Part shown: positions 37,401 through 52,400 of the stretch, in pieces
How the letters are laid out: every line of letters begins with the position of its first letter
Numbering within the stretch: the stretch's first letter is position 1
Notes under the pieces: model-generated
What the model was told of the DNA's origin: nothing
The model's input: only the letters and a program-made list of their open reading frames with translations
Databases searched by the model: none
Origin: Macrostomum lignano
Taxonomy: Eukaryota
Direction: 5' to 3'
NCBI GenBank assembly: GCA_002269645.1
Contig: NIVC01002528.1
Span: 1 to 64,000 of the forward strand
Length of the DNA: 64,000 nucleotides
Translations under genes and position numbers: made by a program

Positions 37401-40400
37401 ACTGTCTCTTCAGTTCACTGTCTCTTCAGTTCACTGTCTCTTCAGTTCACTGTCTCTTCAGTTCACTGTCTCTTCACTGTCTCTTCAGTTCACTGTCTCT
37501 TCAGTTCACTGTCTCTTCAGTTCACTGTCTCTTCAGTTCACTGTCTCTTCAGTTCACTGTCTCTTCAGTTCACTGTCTCTTCAGTTCACTGTCTCTTCAG
37601 TTCACTGTCTCTTCAGTTCACTGTCTCTTTAGTTCACTGTCTCTTCAGTTCACTGTCTCTTCAGTTCACTGTCTCTTCACTGTCTCTTCAGTTCACTGTC
37701 TCTTCACTGTCTCTTCAGTTCACTGTCTCTTCAGTTCACTGTCTCTTCAGTTCACTGTCTCTTCACTGTCTCTTCAGTTCACTGTCTCTTCAGTTCACTG
37801 TCTCTTCACTGTCTCTTCAGTTCACTGTCTCTTCACTGTCTCTTCAGTTCACTGTCTCTTCACTGTCTCTTCAGTTCACTGTCTCTTCACTGTCTCTTCA
37901 GTTCACTGTCTCTTCAGTTCACTGTCTCTTCAGTTCACTGTCTCTTCAGTTCACTGTCTCTTTAGTTCACTGTCTCTTCAGTTCACTGTCTCTTCAGTTC
38001 ACTGTCTCTTCAGTTCACTGTCTCTTCAGTTCACTGTCTCTTCACTGTCTCTTCAGTTCACTGTCTCTTCACTGTCTCTTCAGTTCACTGTCTCTTCAGT
38101 TCACTGTCTCTTCACTGTCTCTTCAGTTCACTGTCTCTTCAGTTCACTGTCTCTTCACTGTCTCTTCAGTTCACTGTCTCTTCACTGTCTCTTCAGTTCA
38201 CTGTCTCTTCACTGTCTCTTCAGTTCACTGTCTCTTCACTGTCTCTTCAGTTCACTGTCTCTTCAGTTCACTGTCTCTTCACTGTCTCTTCAGTTCACTG
38301 TCTCTTCAGTTCACTGTCTCTTCACTGTCTCTTCAGTTCACTGTCTCTTCAGTTCACTGTCTCTTCACTGTCTCTTCAGTTCACTGTCTCTTCACTGTCT
38401 CTTCAGTTCACTGTCTCTTCACTGTCTCTTCAGTTCACTGTCTCTTCACTGTCTCTTCAGTTCACTGTCTCTTCAGTTCACTGTCTCTTCAGTTCACTGT
38501 CTCTTCAGTTCACTGTCTCTTCAGTTCACTGTCTCTTCAGTTCACTGTCTCTTCAGTTCACTGTCTCTTCAGTTCACTGTCTCTTCAGTTCACTGTCTCT
38601 TCACTGTCTCTTCAGTTCACTGTCTCTTCACTGTCTCTTCAGTTCACTGTCTCTTCAGTTCACTGTCTCTTCACTGTCTCTTCAGTTCACTGTCTCTTCA
38701 GTTCACTGTCTCTTCACTGTCTCTTCAGTTCACTGTCTCTTCACTGTCTCTTCAGTTCACTGTCTCTTCACTGTCTCTTCAGTTCACTGTCTCTTCAGTT
38801 CACTGTCTCTTCAGTTCACTGTCTCTTCAGTTCACTGTCTCTTCAGTTCACTGTCTCTTCAGTTCACTGTCTCTTCAGTTCACTGTCTCTTCAGTTCACT
38901 GTCTCTTCAGTTCACTGTCTCTTCAGTTCACTGTCTCTTCAGTTCACTGTCTCTTCAGTTCACTGTCTCTTCACTGTCTCTTCAGTTCACTGTCTCTTCA
39001 CTGTCTCTTCAGTTCACTGTCTCTTCAGTTCACTGTCTCTTCAGTTCACTGTCTCTTCACTGTCTCTTCAGTTCACTGTCTCTTCAGTTCACTGTCTCTT
39101 TAGTTCACTGTCTCTTCAGTTCACTGTCTCTTCAGTTCACTGTCTCTTCAGTTCACTGTCTCTTCAGTTCACTGTCTCTTCACTGTCTCTTCAGTTCACT
39201 GTCTCTTTAGTTCACTGTCTCTTCAGTTCACTGTCTCTTCAGTTCACTGTCTCTTCAGTTCACTGTCTCTTCAGTTCACTGTCTCTTCACTGTCTCTTCA
39301 GTTCACTGTCTCTTCAGTTCACTGTCTCTTCAGTTCACTGTCTCTTCAGTTCACTGTCTCTTCAGTTCACTGTCTCTTTACTGTCTCTTCAGTTCTCTGT
39401 CTCTTCAGTTCACTGTCTCTTCAGTTCACTGTCTCTTCAGTTCACTGTCTCTTCACTGTCTCTTCAGTTCACTGTCTCTTCAGTTCACTGTCTCTTCAGT
39501 TCACTGTCTCTTCAGTTCACTGTCTCTTCAGTTCACTGTCTCTTCACTGTCTCTTCAGTTCACTGTCTCTTCACTGTCTCTTCAGTTCACTGTCTCTTCA
39601 CTGTCTCTTCAGTTCACTGTCTCTTCACTGTCTCTTCAGTTCACTGTCTCTTCAGTTCACTGTCTCTTCAGTTCACTGTCTCTTCAGTTCACTGTCTTTA
39701 GTTCACTGTCTCTTCAGTTCACTGTCTCTTTAGTTCACTGTCTCTTCAGTTCACTGTCTCTTCAGTTCACTGTCTCTTCACTGTCTCTTCAGTTCACTGT
39801 CTCTTCACTGTCTCTTCAGTTCACTGTCTCTTCAGTTCACTGTCTCTTCACTGTCTCTTCAGTTCACTGTCTCTTCAGTTCACTGTCTCTTCACTGTCTC
39901 TTCAGTTCACTGTCTCTTCACTGTCTCTTCAGTTCACTGTCTCTTCACTGTCTCTTCAGTTCACTGTCTCTTCAGTTCACTGTCTCTTCAGTTCACTGTC
40001 TCTTCAGTTCACTGTCTCTTCAGTTCACTGTCTCTTCAGTTCACTGTCTCTTCAGTTCACTGTCTCTTCAGTTCACTGTCTCTTTAGTTCACTGTCTCTT
40101 TAGTTCACTGTCTCTTCAGTTCACTGTCTCTTCAGTTCACTGTCTCTTCACTGTCTCTTCAGTTCACTGTCTCTTCACTGTCTCTTCAGTTCACTGTCTC
40201 TTCAGTTCACTGTCTCTTCAGTTCACTGTCTCTTCACTGTCTCTTCAGTTCACTGTCTCTTCAGTTCACTGTCTCTTCACTGTCTCTTCAGTTCACTGTC
40301 TCTTCACTGTCTCTTCAGTTCACTGTCTCTTCACTGTCTCTTCAGTTCACTGTCTCTTCACTGTCTCTTCAGTTCACTGTCTCTTCAGTTCACTGTCTCT

Positions 40401-43400
40401 TCAGTTCACTGTCTCTTCAGTTCACTGTCTCTTCAGTCTCTTTAGTTCACTGTCTCTTCAGTTCACTGTCTCTTCAGTTCACTGTCTCTTCAGTTCACTG
40501 TCTCTTCACTGTCTCTTCAGTTCACTGTCTCTTCACTGTCTCTTCAGTTCACTGTCTCTTCAGTTCACTGTCTCTTCACTGTCTCTTCAGTTCACTGTCT
40601 CTTCAGTTCACTGTCTCTTCACTGTCTCTTCAGTTCACTGTCTCTTCACTGTCTCTTCAGTTCACTGTCTCTTCACTGTCTCTTCAGTTCACTGTCTCTT
40701 CAGTTCACTGTCTCTTCAGTTCACTGTCTCTTCAGTTCACTGTCTCTTCAGTTCACTGTCTCTTCACTGTCTCTTCAGTTCACTGTCTCTTCAGTTCACT
40801 GTCTCTTCACTGTCTCTTCAGTTCACTGTCTCTTCACTGTCTCTTCAGTTCACTGTCTCTTCACTGTCTCTTCAGTTCACTGTCTCTTCAGTTCACTGTC
40901 TCTTCAGTTCACTGTCTCTTCAGTTCACTGTCTCTTCAGTTCACTGTCTCTTCAGTTCACTGTCTCTTCAGTTCACTGTCTCTTCACTGTCTCTTCAGTT
41001 CACTGTCTCTTTAGTTCACTGTCTCTTCAGTTCACTGTCTCTTCAGTTCACTGTCTCTTCAGTTCACTGTCTCTTCAGTTCACTGTCTCTTCAGTTCACT
41101 GTCTCTTCACTGTCTCTTCAGTTCACTGTCTCTTCAGTTCACTGTCTCTTCAGTTCACTGTCTCTTCAGTTCACTGTCTCTTCAGTTCACTGTCTCTTCA
41201 GTTCACTGTCTCTTCACTGTCTCTTCAGTTCACTGTCTCTTCAGTTCACTGTCTCTTCAGTTCACTGTCTCTTCAGTTCACTGTCTCTTCAGTTCACTGT
41301 CTCTTCAGTTCACTGTCTCTTCAGTTCACTGTCTCTTCAGTTCACTGTCTCTTCAGTTCACTGTCTCTTCAGTTCACTGTCTCTTCAGTTCACTGTCTCT
41401 TCAGTTCACTGTCTCTTCAGTTCACTGTCTCTTCAGTTCACTGTCTCTTCAGTTCACTGTCTCTTCAGTTCACTGTCTCTTCAGTTCACTGTCTCTTCAG
41501 TTCACTGTCTCTTCAGTTCACTGTCTCTTCACTGTCTCTTCAGTTCACTGTCTCTTCACTGTCTCTTCAGTTCACTGTCTCTTCAGTTCACTGTCTCTTC
41601 AGTTCACTGTCTCTTCAGTTCACTGTCTCTTCAGTTCACTGTCTCTTCAGTTCACTGTCTCTTCACTGTCTCTTCAGTTCACTGTCTCTTCACTGTCTCT
41701 TCAGTTCACTGTCTCTTTAGTTCACTGTCTCTTCAGTTCACTGTCTCTTCAGTTCACTTTCTCTTCAGTTCACTGTCTCTTCAGTTCACTGTCTCTTTAG
41801 TTCACTGTCTCTTCACTGTCTCTTCAGTTCACTGTCTCTTTAGTTCACTGTCTCTTCAGTTCACTGTCTCTTCAGTTCACTGTCTCTTCAGTTCACTGTC
41901 TCTTCAGTTCACTGTCTCTTCAGTTCACTGTCTCTTCACTGTCTCTTCAGTTCACTGTCTCTTTAGTTCACTGTCTCTTCAGTTCACTGTCTCTTCAGTT
42001 CACTGTCTCTTCAGTTCACTGTCTCTTCAGTTCACTGTCTCTTCACTGTCTCTTCAGTTCACTGTCTCTTCAGTTCACTGTCTCTTCAGTTCACTGTCTC
42101 TTCAGTTCACTGTCTCTTCAGTTCACTGTCTCTTCACTGTCTCTTCAGTTCACTGTCTCTTCAGTTCACTGTCTCTTTAGTTCACTGTCTCTTCAGTTCA
42201 CTGTCTCTTCACTGTCTCTTCAGTTCACTGTCTCTTCAGTTCACTGTCTCTTCAGTTCACTGTCTCTTCAGTTCACTGTCTCTTCAGTTCACTGTCTCTT
42301 CACTGTCTCTTCAGTTCACTGTCTCTTCACTGTCTCTTCAGTTCACTGTCTCTTCACTGTCTCTTCAGTTCACTGTCTCTTCACTGTCTCTTCAGTTCAC
42401 TGTCTCTTCAGTTCACTGTCTCTTCAGTTCACTGTCTCTTCAGTTCACTGTCTCTTCAGTTCACTGTCTCTTCAGTTCACTGTCTCTTCAGTTCACTGTC
42501 TCTTCAGTTCACTGTCTCTTCAGTTCACTGTCTCTTCACTGTCTCTTCAGTTCACTGTCTCTTCACTGTCTCTTCAGTTCACTGTCTCTTCAGTTCACTG
42601 TCTCTTCACTGTCTCTTCAGTTCACTGTCTCTTCAGTTCACTGTCTCTTCACTGTCTCTTCAGTTCACTGTCTCTTCACTGTCTCTTCAGTTCACTGTCT
42701 CTTCACTGTCTCTTCAGTTCACTGTCTCTTCAGTTCACTGTCTCTTCAGTTCACTGTCTCTTCAGTTCACTGTCTCTTCAGTTCACTGTCTCTTCAGTTC
42801 ACTGTCTCTTCAGTTCACTGTCTCTTCAGTTCACTGTCTCTTCAGTTCACTGTCTCTTCAGTTCACTGTCTCTTCAGTTCACTGTCTCTTCAGTTCACTG
42901 TCTCTTCACTGTCTCTTCAGTTCACTGTCTCTTCACTGTCTCTTCAGTTCACTGTCTCTTCAGTTCACTGTCTCTTCAGTTCACTGTCTCTTCACTGTCT
43001 CTTCAGTTCACTGTCTCTTCAGTTCACTGTCTCTTCACTGTCTTTTCAGTTCACTGTCTCTTCACTGTCTCTTCAGTTCACTGTCTCTTCACTGTCTCTT
43101 CACTGTCTCTTCAGTTCACTGTCTCTTCAGTTCACTGTCTCTTCACTGTCTCTTCAGTTCACTGTCTCTTCACTGTCTCTTCAGTTCACTGTCTCTTCAG
43201 TTCATTGTCTCTTCAGTTCACTGTCTCTTCAGTTCACTGTCTTTACTGTCTCTTCAGTTCACTGTCTCTTCAGTTCACTGTCTCTTCAGTTCACTGTCTC
43301 TTCAGTACACTGTCTCTTCAGTTCACTGTCTCTTCACTGTCTCTTCAGTTCACTGTCTCTTCAGTTCACTGTCTCTTCACTGTCTCTTCAGTTCACTGTC

Positions 43401-46400
43401 TCTTCACTGTCTCTTCAGTTCACTGTCTCTTCACTGTCTCTTCAGTTCACTGTCTCTTCAGTTCACTGTCTCTTCAGTTCACTGTCTCTTCAGTTCACTG
43501 TCTCTTCAGTTCACTGTCTCTTCAGTTCACTGTCTCTTCAGTTCACTGTCTCTTCACTGTCTCTTCAGTTCACTGTCTCTTTAGTTCACTGTCTCTTCAG
43601 TTCACTGTCTCTTCAGTTCACTGTCTCTTCAGTTCACTGTCTCTTCAGTTCACTGTCTCTTCAGTTCACTGTCTCTTCACTTTCTCTTCAGTTCACTGTC
43701 TCTTTAGTTCACTGTCTCTTCAGTTCACTGTCTCTTCAGTTCACTGTCTCTTCAGTTCACTGTCTCTTCAGTTCACTGTCTCTTCACTGTCTCTTCAGTT
43801 CACTGTCTCTTCAGTTCACTGTCTCTTCAGTTCACTGTCTCTTCAGTTCACTGTCTCTTCAGTTCACTGTCTCTTCAGTTCACTGTCTCTTCAGTTCACT
43901 GTCTCTTCAGTTCACTGTCTCTTCAGTTCACTGTCTCTTCAGTTCACTGTCTCTTCAGTTCACTGTCTCTTCAGTTCACTGTCTCTTCAGTTCACTGTCT
44001 CTTCAGTTCACTGTCTCTTCAGTTCACTGTCTCTTCAGTTCACTGTCTCTTCAGTTCACTGTCTCTTCAGTTCACTGTCTCTTCAGTTCACTGTCTCTTC
44101 ACTGTCTCTTCAGTTCACTGTCTCTTCAGTTCACTGTCTCTTTAGTTCACTGTCTCTTCAGTTCACTGTCTCTTCAGTTCACTGTCTCTTCAGTTCACTG
44201 TCTCTTCAGTTCACTGTCTCTTCACTGTCTCTTCAGTTCACTGTCTCTTTAGTTCACTGTCTCTTCAGTTCACTGTCTCTTCAGTTCACTGTCTCTTCAG
44301 TTCACTGTCTCTTCAGTTCACTGTCTCTTCAGTTCACTGTCTCTTCAGTTCACTGTCTCTTCAGTTCACTGTCTCTTCAGTTCACTGTCTCTTCAGTTCA
44401 CTGTCTCTTCAGTTCACTGTCTCTTCAGTTCACTGTCTCTTCAGTTCACTGTCTCTTCACTGTCTCTTCAGTTCACTGTCTCTTCAGTTCACTGTCTCTT
44501 CAGTTCACTGTCTCTTCAGTTCACTGTCTCTTCTGTCTCTTCACTGTCTCTTCAGTTCACTGTCTCTTCAGTTCACTGTCTCTTCAGTTCACTGTCTCTT
44601 CAGTTCACTGTCTCTTCACTGTCTCTTCAGTTCACTGTCTCTTCAGTTCACTGTCTCTTCAGTTCACTGTCTCTTCAGTTCACTGTCTCTCAGTTCACTG
44701 TCTCTTCAGTTCACTGTCTCTTCAGTTCACTGTCTCTTCAGTTCACTGTCTCTTCAGTTCACTGTCTCTTAGTTCACTGTCTCTTCAGTTCACTGTCTCT
44801 TCAGTTCACTGTCTCTTCAGTTCACTGTCTCTTCAGTTCACTGTCTCTTCAGTTCACTGTCTCTTCAGTTCACTGTCTCTTCAGTTCACTGTCTCTTCAC
44901 TGTCTCTTCAGTTCACTGTCTCTTCAGTTCACTGTCTCTTCAGTTCACTGTCTCTTCAGTTCACTGTCTCTTCAGTTCACTGTCTCTTCAGTTCACTGTC
45001 TCTTCAGTTCACTGTCTCTTCAGTTCACTGTCTCTTCAGTTCACTGTCTCTTCAGTTCACTGTCTCTTCAGTTCACTGTCTCTTCAGTTCACTGTCTCTT
45101 CAGTTCACTGTCTCTTCACTGTCTCTTCAGTTCACTGTCTCTTCAGTTCACTGTCTCTTCAGTTCACTGTCTCTTCAGTTCACTGTCTCTTCACTGTCTC
45201 TTCAGTTCACTGTCTCTTCAGTTCACTGTCTCTTCAGTTCACTGTCTCTTCAGTTCACTGTCTCTTCAGTTCACTGTCTCTTCAGTTCACTGTCTCTTCA
45301 GTTCACTGTCTCTTCAGTTCACTGTCTCTTCACTGTCTCTTCAGTTCACTGTCTCTTCAGTTCACTGTCTCTTCAGTTCACTGTCTCTTCAGTTCACTGT
45401 CTCTTCAGTTCACTGTCTCTTCAGTTCACTGTCTCTTCAGTTCACTGTCTCTTCAGTTCACTGTCTCTTCAGTTCACTGTCTCTTCACTGTCTCTTCAGT
45501 TCACTGTCTCTTCAGTTCACTGTCTCTTCAGTTCACTGTCTCTTCAGTTCACTGTCTCTTCAGTTCACTGTCTCTTCAGTTCACTGTCTCTTCAGTTCAC
45601 TGTCTCTTCAGTTCACTGTCTCTTCAGTTCACTGTCTCTTCACTGTCTCTTCAGTTCACTGTCTCTTCAGTTCACTGTCTCTTCAGTTCACTGTCTCTTC
45701 AGTTCACTGTCTCTTCAGTTCACTGTCTCTTCAGTTCACTGTCTCTTCAGTTCACTGTCTCTTCAGTTCACTGTCTCTTCAGTTCACTGTCTCTTCAGTT
45801 CACTGTCTCTTCAGTTCACTGTCTCTTCAGTTCACTGTCTCTCAGTTCACTGTCTCTTCAGTTCACTGTCTCTTCAGTTCACTGTCTCTTCAGTTCACTG
45901 TCTCTTCAGTTCACTGTCTCTTCAGTTCACTGTCTCTTCAGTTCACTGTCTCTTCAGTTCACTGTCTCTTCACTGTCTCTTCAGTTCACTGTCTCTTCAG
46001 TTCACTGTCTCTTCAGTTCACTGTCTCTTCAGTTCACTGTCTCTTCAGTTCACTGTCTCTTCAGTTCACTGTCTCTTCAGTTCACTGTCTCTTCAGTTCA
46101 CTGTCTCTTCAGTTCACTGTCTCTTCAGTTCACTGTCTCTTCAGTTCACTGTCTCTTCAGTTCACTGTCTCTTCAGTTCACTGTCTCTTCACTGTCTCTT
46201 CAGTTCACTGTCTCTTCAGTTCACTGTCTCTTCAGTTCACTGTCTCTTCAGTTCACTGTCTCTTCACTGTCTCTTCAGTTCACTGTCTCTTCAGTTCACT
46301 GTCTCTTCAGTTCACTGTCTCTTCAGTTCACTGTCTCTTCAGTTCACTGTCTCTTCAGTTCACTGTCTCTTCAGTTCACTGTCTCTTCAGTTCACTGTCT

Positions 46401-49400
46401 CTTCACTGTCTCTTCAGTTCACTGTCTCTTCAGTTCACTGTCTCTTCAGTTCACTGTCTCTTCAGTTCACTGTCTCTTCAGTTCACTGTCTCTTCACTGT
46501 CTCTTCAGTTCACTGTCTCTTCAGTTCACTGTCTCTTCAGTTCACTGTCTCTTCAGTTCACTGTCTCTTCACTGTCTCTTCAGTTCACTGTCTCTTCAGT
46601 TCACTGTCTCTTCAGTTCACTGTCTCTTCAGTTCACTGTCTCTTCAGTTCACTGTCTCTTCAGTTCACTGTCTCTTCAGTTCACTGTCTCTTCAGTTCAC
46701 TGTCTCTTCAGTTCACTGTCTCTTCACTGTCTCTTCAGTTCACTGTCTCTTCAGTTCACTGTCTCTTCAGTTCACTGTCTCTTCAGTTCACTGTCTCTTC
46801 AGTTCACTGTCTCTTCAGTTCACTGTCTCTTCAGTTCACTGTCTCTTCAGTTCACTGTCTCTTCAGTTCACTGTCTCTTCAGTTCACTGTCTCTTCAGTT
46901 CACTGTCTCTTCAGTTCACTGTCTCTTCAGTTCACTGTCTCTTCAGTTCACTGTCTCTTCAGTTCACTGTCTCTTCAGTTCACTGTCTCTTCAGTTCACT
47001 GTCTCTTCAGTTCACTGTCTCTTCAGTTCACTGTCTCTTCAGTTCACTGTCTCTTCACTGTCTCTTCAGTTCACTGTCTCTTCACTGTCTCTTCAGTTCA
47101 CTGTCTCTTCAGTTCACTGTCTCTTCAGTTCACTGTCTCTTCAGTTCACTGTCTCTTCAGTTCACTGTCTCTTCAGTTCACTGTCTCTTCACTGTCTCTT
47201 CAGTTCACTGTCTCTTCAGTTCACTGTCTCTTCAGTTCACTGTCTCTTCAGTTCACTGTCTCTTCAGTTCACTGTCTCTTCAGTTCACTGTCTCTTCAGT
47301 TCACTGTCTCTTCACTGTCTCTTCAGTTCACTGTCTCTTCAGTTCACTGTCTCTTCAGTTCACTGTCTCTTCAGTTCACTGTCTCTTCAGTTCACTGTCT
47401 CTTCACTGTCTCTTCAGTTCACTGTCTCTTCAGTTCACTGTCTCTTCAGTTCACTGTCTCTTCAGTTCACTGTCTCTTCAGTTCACTGTCTCTTCAGTTC
47501 ACTGTCTCTTCAGTTCACTGTCTCTTCAGTTCACTGTCTCTTCAGTTCACTGTCTCTTCAGTTCACTGTCTCTTCAGTTCACTGTCTCTTCAGTTCACTG
47601 TCTCTTCAGTTCACTGTCTCTTCACTGTCTCTTCAGTTCACTGTCTCTTCAGTTCACTGTCTCTTCAGTTCACTGTCTCTTCAGTTCACTGTCTCTTCAG
47701 TTCACTGTCTCTTCAGTTCACTGTCTCTTCAGTTCACTGTCTCTTCACTGTCTCTTCAGTTCTCTGTCTCTTCAGTTCACTGTCTCTTTAGTTCACTGTC
47801 TCTTCAGTTCACTGTCTCTTCACTGTCTCTTCAGTTCACTGTCTCTTCAGTTCACTGTCTCTTCAGTTCACTGTCTCTTCAGTTCACTGTCTCTTCAGTT
47901 CACTGTCTCTTCAGTTCACTGTCTCTTCAGTTCACTGTCTCTTCAGTTCACTGTCTCTTCAGTTCACTGTCTCTTCAGTTCACTGTCTCTTCAGTTCACT
48001 GTCTCTTCACTGTCTCTTCAGTTCACTGTCTCTTCAGTTCACTGTCTCTTAGTTCACTGTCTCTTCAGTTCACTGTCTCTTCACTGTCTCTTCAGTTCAC
48101 TGTCTCTTCAGTTCACTGTCTCTTCAGTTCACTGTCTCTTCAGTTCACTGTCTCTTCAGTTCACTGTCTCTTCAGTTCACTGTCTCTTCAGTTCACTGTC
48201 TCTTCACTGTCTCTTCAGTTCACTGTCTCTTCAGTTCACTGTCTCTTTAGTTCACTGTCTCTTCAGTTCACTGTCTCTTCAGTTCACTGTCTCTTCACTG
48301 TCTCTTCAGTTCTCTGTCTCTTCAGTTCACTGTCTCTTTAGTTCACTGTCTCTTCAGTTCACTGTCTCTTCACTGTCTCTTCAGTTCACTGTCTCTTCAG
48401 TTCACTGTCTCTTCAGTTCACTGTCTCTTCAGTTCACTGTCTCTTCAGTTCACTGTCTCTTCAGTTCACTGTCTCTTCAGTTCACTGTCTCTTCACTGTC
48501 TCTTCAGTTCACTGTCTCTTCACTGTCTCTTCAGTTCACTGTCTCTTCAGTTCACTGTCTCTTCAGTTCACTGTCTCTTCAGTTCACTGTCTCTTCAGTT
48601 CACTGTCTCTTCACACTGTCTCTTCAGTTCACTGTCTCTTCAGTTCACTGTCTCTTCAGTTCACTGTCTCTTCAGTTCACTGTCTCTTCAGTTCACTGTC
48701 TCTTCAGTTCACTGTCTCTTCAGTTCACTGTCTCTTCAGTTCACTGTCTCTTCAGTTCACTGTCTCTTCAGTTCACTGTCTCTTCAGTTCACTGTCTCTT
48801 CAGTTCACTGTCTCTTCAGTTCACTGTCTCTTCACACTGTCTCTTCAGTTCACTGTCTCTTCAGTTCACTGTCTCTTCACTGTCTCTTCAGTTCACTGTC
48901 TCTTCAGTTCACTGTCTCTTCAGTTCACTGTCTCTTCAGTTCACTGTCTCTTCAGTTCACTGTCTCTTCAGTTCACTGTCTCTTCAGTTCACTGTCTCTT
49001 CAGTTCACTGTCTCTTCAGTTCACTGTCTCTTCAGTTCACTGTCTCTTCAGTTCACTGTCTCTTCAGTTCACTGTCTCTTCAGTTCACTGTCTCTTCAGT
49101 TCACTGTCTCTTCAGTTCACTGTCTCTTCAGTTCACTGTCTCTTCAGTTCACTGTCTCTTCAGTTCACTGTCTCTTCAGTTCACTGTCTCTTCAGTTCAC
49201 TGTCTCTTCAGTTCACTGTCTCTTCAGTTCACTGTCTCTTCAGTTCACTGTCTCTTCAGTTCACTGTCTCTTCAGTTCACTGTCTCTTCAGTTCACTGTC
49301 TCTTCAGTTCACTGTCTCTTCAGTTCACTGTCTCTTCAGTTCACTGTCTCTTCAGTTCACTGTCTCTTCAGTTCACTGTCTCTTCAGTTCACTGTCTCTT

Positions 49401-52400
49401 CAGTTCACTGTCTCTTCAGTTCACTGTCTCTTCAGTTCACTGTCTCTTCAGTTCACTGTCTCTTCAGTTCACTGTCTCTTCAGTTCACTGTCTCTTCAGT
49501 TCACTGTCTCTTCAGTTCACTGTCTCTTCAGTTCACTGTCTCTTCAGTTCACTGTCTCTTCAGTTCACTGTCTCTTCAGTTCACTGTCTCTTCAGTTCAC
49601 TGTCTCTTCACTGTCTCTTCAGTTCACTGTCTCTTCAGTTCACTGTCTCTTCAGTTCACTGTCTCTTCAGTTCACTGTCTCTTCAGTTCACTGTCTCTTC
49701 AGTTCACTGTCTCTTCAGTTCACTGTCTCTTCAGTTCACTGTCTCTTCAGTTCACTGTCTCTTCAGTTCACTGTCTCTTCAGTTCACTGTCTCTTCAGTT
49801 CACTGTCTCTTCAGTTCACTGTCTCTTCAGTTCACTGTCTCTTCAGTTCACTGTCTCTTCAGTTCACTGTCTCTTCAGTTCACTGTCTCTTCAGTTCACT
49901 GTCTCTTCAGTTCACTGTCTCTTCAGTTCACTGTCTCTTCAGTTCACTGTCTCTTCAGTTCACTGTCTCTTCAGTTCACTGTCTCTTCAGTTCACTGTCT
50001 CTTCAGTTCACTGTCTCTTCAGTTCACTGTCTCTTCAGTTCACTGTCTCTTCACTGTCTCTTCAGTTCACTGTCTCTTCAGTTCACTGTCTCTTCAGTTC
50101 ACTGTCTCTTCAGTTCACTGTCTCTTCAGTTCACTGTCTCTTCAGTTCACTGTCTCTTCAGTTCACTGTCTCTTCAGTTCACTGTCTCTTCAGTTCACTG
50201 TCTCTTCAGTTCACTGTCTCTTCAGTTCACTGTCTCTTCAGTTCACTGTCTCTTCAGTTCACTGTCTCTTCACTGTCTCTTCAGTTCACTGTCTCTTCAC
50301 TGTCTCTTCAGTTCACTGTCTCTTCAGTTCACTGTCTCTTCAGTTCACTGTCTCTTCAGTTCACTGTCTCTTCAGTTCACTGTCTCTTCACTGTCTCTTC
50401 AGTTCACTGTCTCTTCAGTTCACTGTCTCTTCATTCATGTCTCTTCAGTTCACTGTCTCTCAGTTCACTGTCTCTTCAGTTCACTGTCTCTTCAGTTCAC
50501 TGTCTCTTCAGTTCACTGTCTCTTCAGTTCACTGTCTCTTCAGTTCACTGTCTCTTCAGTTCACTGTCTCTTCAGTTCACTGTCTCTTCAGTTCACTGTC
50601 TCTTCAGTTCACTGTCTCTTCACTGTCTCTTCAGTTCACTGTCTCTTCACTGTCTCTTCAGTTCACTGTCTCTTCAGTTCACTGTCTCTTCAGTTCACTG
50701 TCTCTTCAGTTCACTGTCTCTTCAGTTCACTGTCTCTTCAGTTCACTGTCTCTTCAGTTCACTGTCTCTTCACTGTCTCTTCAGTTCACTGTCTCTTCAG
50801 TTCACTGTCTCTTCAGTTCACTGTCTCTTCAGTTCACTGTCTCTTCAGTTCACTGTCTCTTCAGTTCACTGTCTCTTCAGTTCACTGTCTCTTCAGTTCA
50901 CTGTCTCTTCAGTTCACTGTCTCTTCAGTTCACTGTCTCTTCAGTTCACTGTCTCTTCAGTTCACTGTCTCTTCAGTTCACTGTCTCTTCAGTTCACTGT
51001 CTCTTCAGTTCACTGTCTCTTCAGTTCACTGTCTCTTCAGTTCTCTGTCTCTTCAGTTCACTGTCTCTTCAGTTCACTGTCTCTTCAGTTCACTGTCTCT
51101 TCAGTTCACTGTCTCTTCAGTTCACTGTCTCTTCAGTTCACTGTCTCTTCAGTTCACTGTCTCTTCAGTTCACTGTCTCTTCAGTTCACTGTCTCTCAGT
51201 TCACTGTCTCTTCAGTTCACTGTCTCTTCAGTTCACTGTCTCTTCACTGTCTCTTCAGTTCACTGTCTCTTCAGTTCACTGTCTCTTCAGTTCACTGTCT
51301 CTTCAGTTCACTGTCTCTTCACTGTCTCTTCAGTTCACTGTCTCTTCAGTTCACTGTCTCTTTAGTTCACTGTCTCTTCAGTTCACTGTCTCTTCAGTTC
51401 ACTGTCTCTTCAGTTCACTGTCTCTTCAGTTCACTGTCTCTTCACTGTCTCTTCAGTTCTCTGTCTCTTCAGTTCACTGTCTCTTTAGTTCACTGTCTCT
51501 TCAGTTCACTGTCTCTTCAGTTCACTGTCTCTTCACTGTCTCTTCAGTTCTCTGTCTCTTCAGTTCACTGTCTCTTTAGTTCACTGTCTCTTCAGTTCAC
51601 TGTCTCTTCACTGTCTCTTCAGTTCACTGTCTCTTCAGTTCACTGTCTCTTCAGTTCACTGTCTCTTCAGTTCACTGTCTCTTCAGTTCATGTCTCTTCA
51701 GTTCATGTCTCTCAGTTCACTGTCTCTTCAGTTCACTGTCTCTTCACTGTCTCTTCAGTTCACTGTCTCTTCACTGTCTCTTCAGTTCACTGTCTCTTCA
51801 GTTCACTGTCTCTTCAGTTCACTGTCTCTTCAGTTCACTGTCTCTTCAGTTCACTGTCTCTTCACTGTCTCTTCAGTTCACTGTCTCTTCAGTTCACTGT
51901 CTCTTCATTCATGTCTCTTCAGTTCACTTGTCTCTCAGTTCACTGTCTCTTCAGTTCACTGTCTCTTCAGTTCACTGTCTCTTTAGTTCACTGTCTCTTC
52001 AGTTCACTGTCTCTTCAGTTCACTGTCTCTTCAGTTCACTGTCACTTCAGTTCACTGTCTCTTAAGTTCACTGTCTCTTCACTGTCTCTTCAGTTCTCTG
52101 TCTCTTCAGTTCACTGTCTCTTTAGTTCACTGTCTCTTCAGTTCACTGTCTCTTCAGTTCACTGTCTCTTCACTGTCTCTTCAGTTCACTGTCTCTTCAG
52201 TTCACTGTCTCTTCAGTTCACTGTCTCTTCAGTTCACTGTCTCTTCAGTTCACTGTCTCTTCAGTTCACTGTCTCTTCAGTTCACTGTCTCTTCACTGTC
52301 TCTTCAGTTCACTGTCTCTTCACTGTCTCTTCAGTTCACTGTCTCTTCAGTTCACTGTCTCTTCAGTTCACTGTCTCTTCAGTTCACTGTCTCTTCAGTT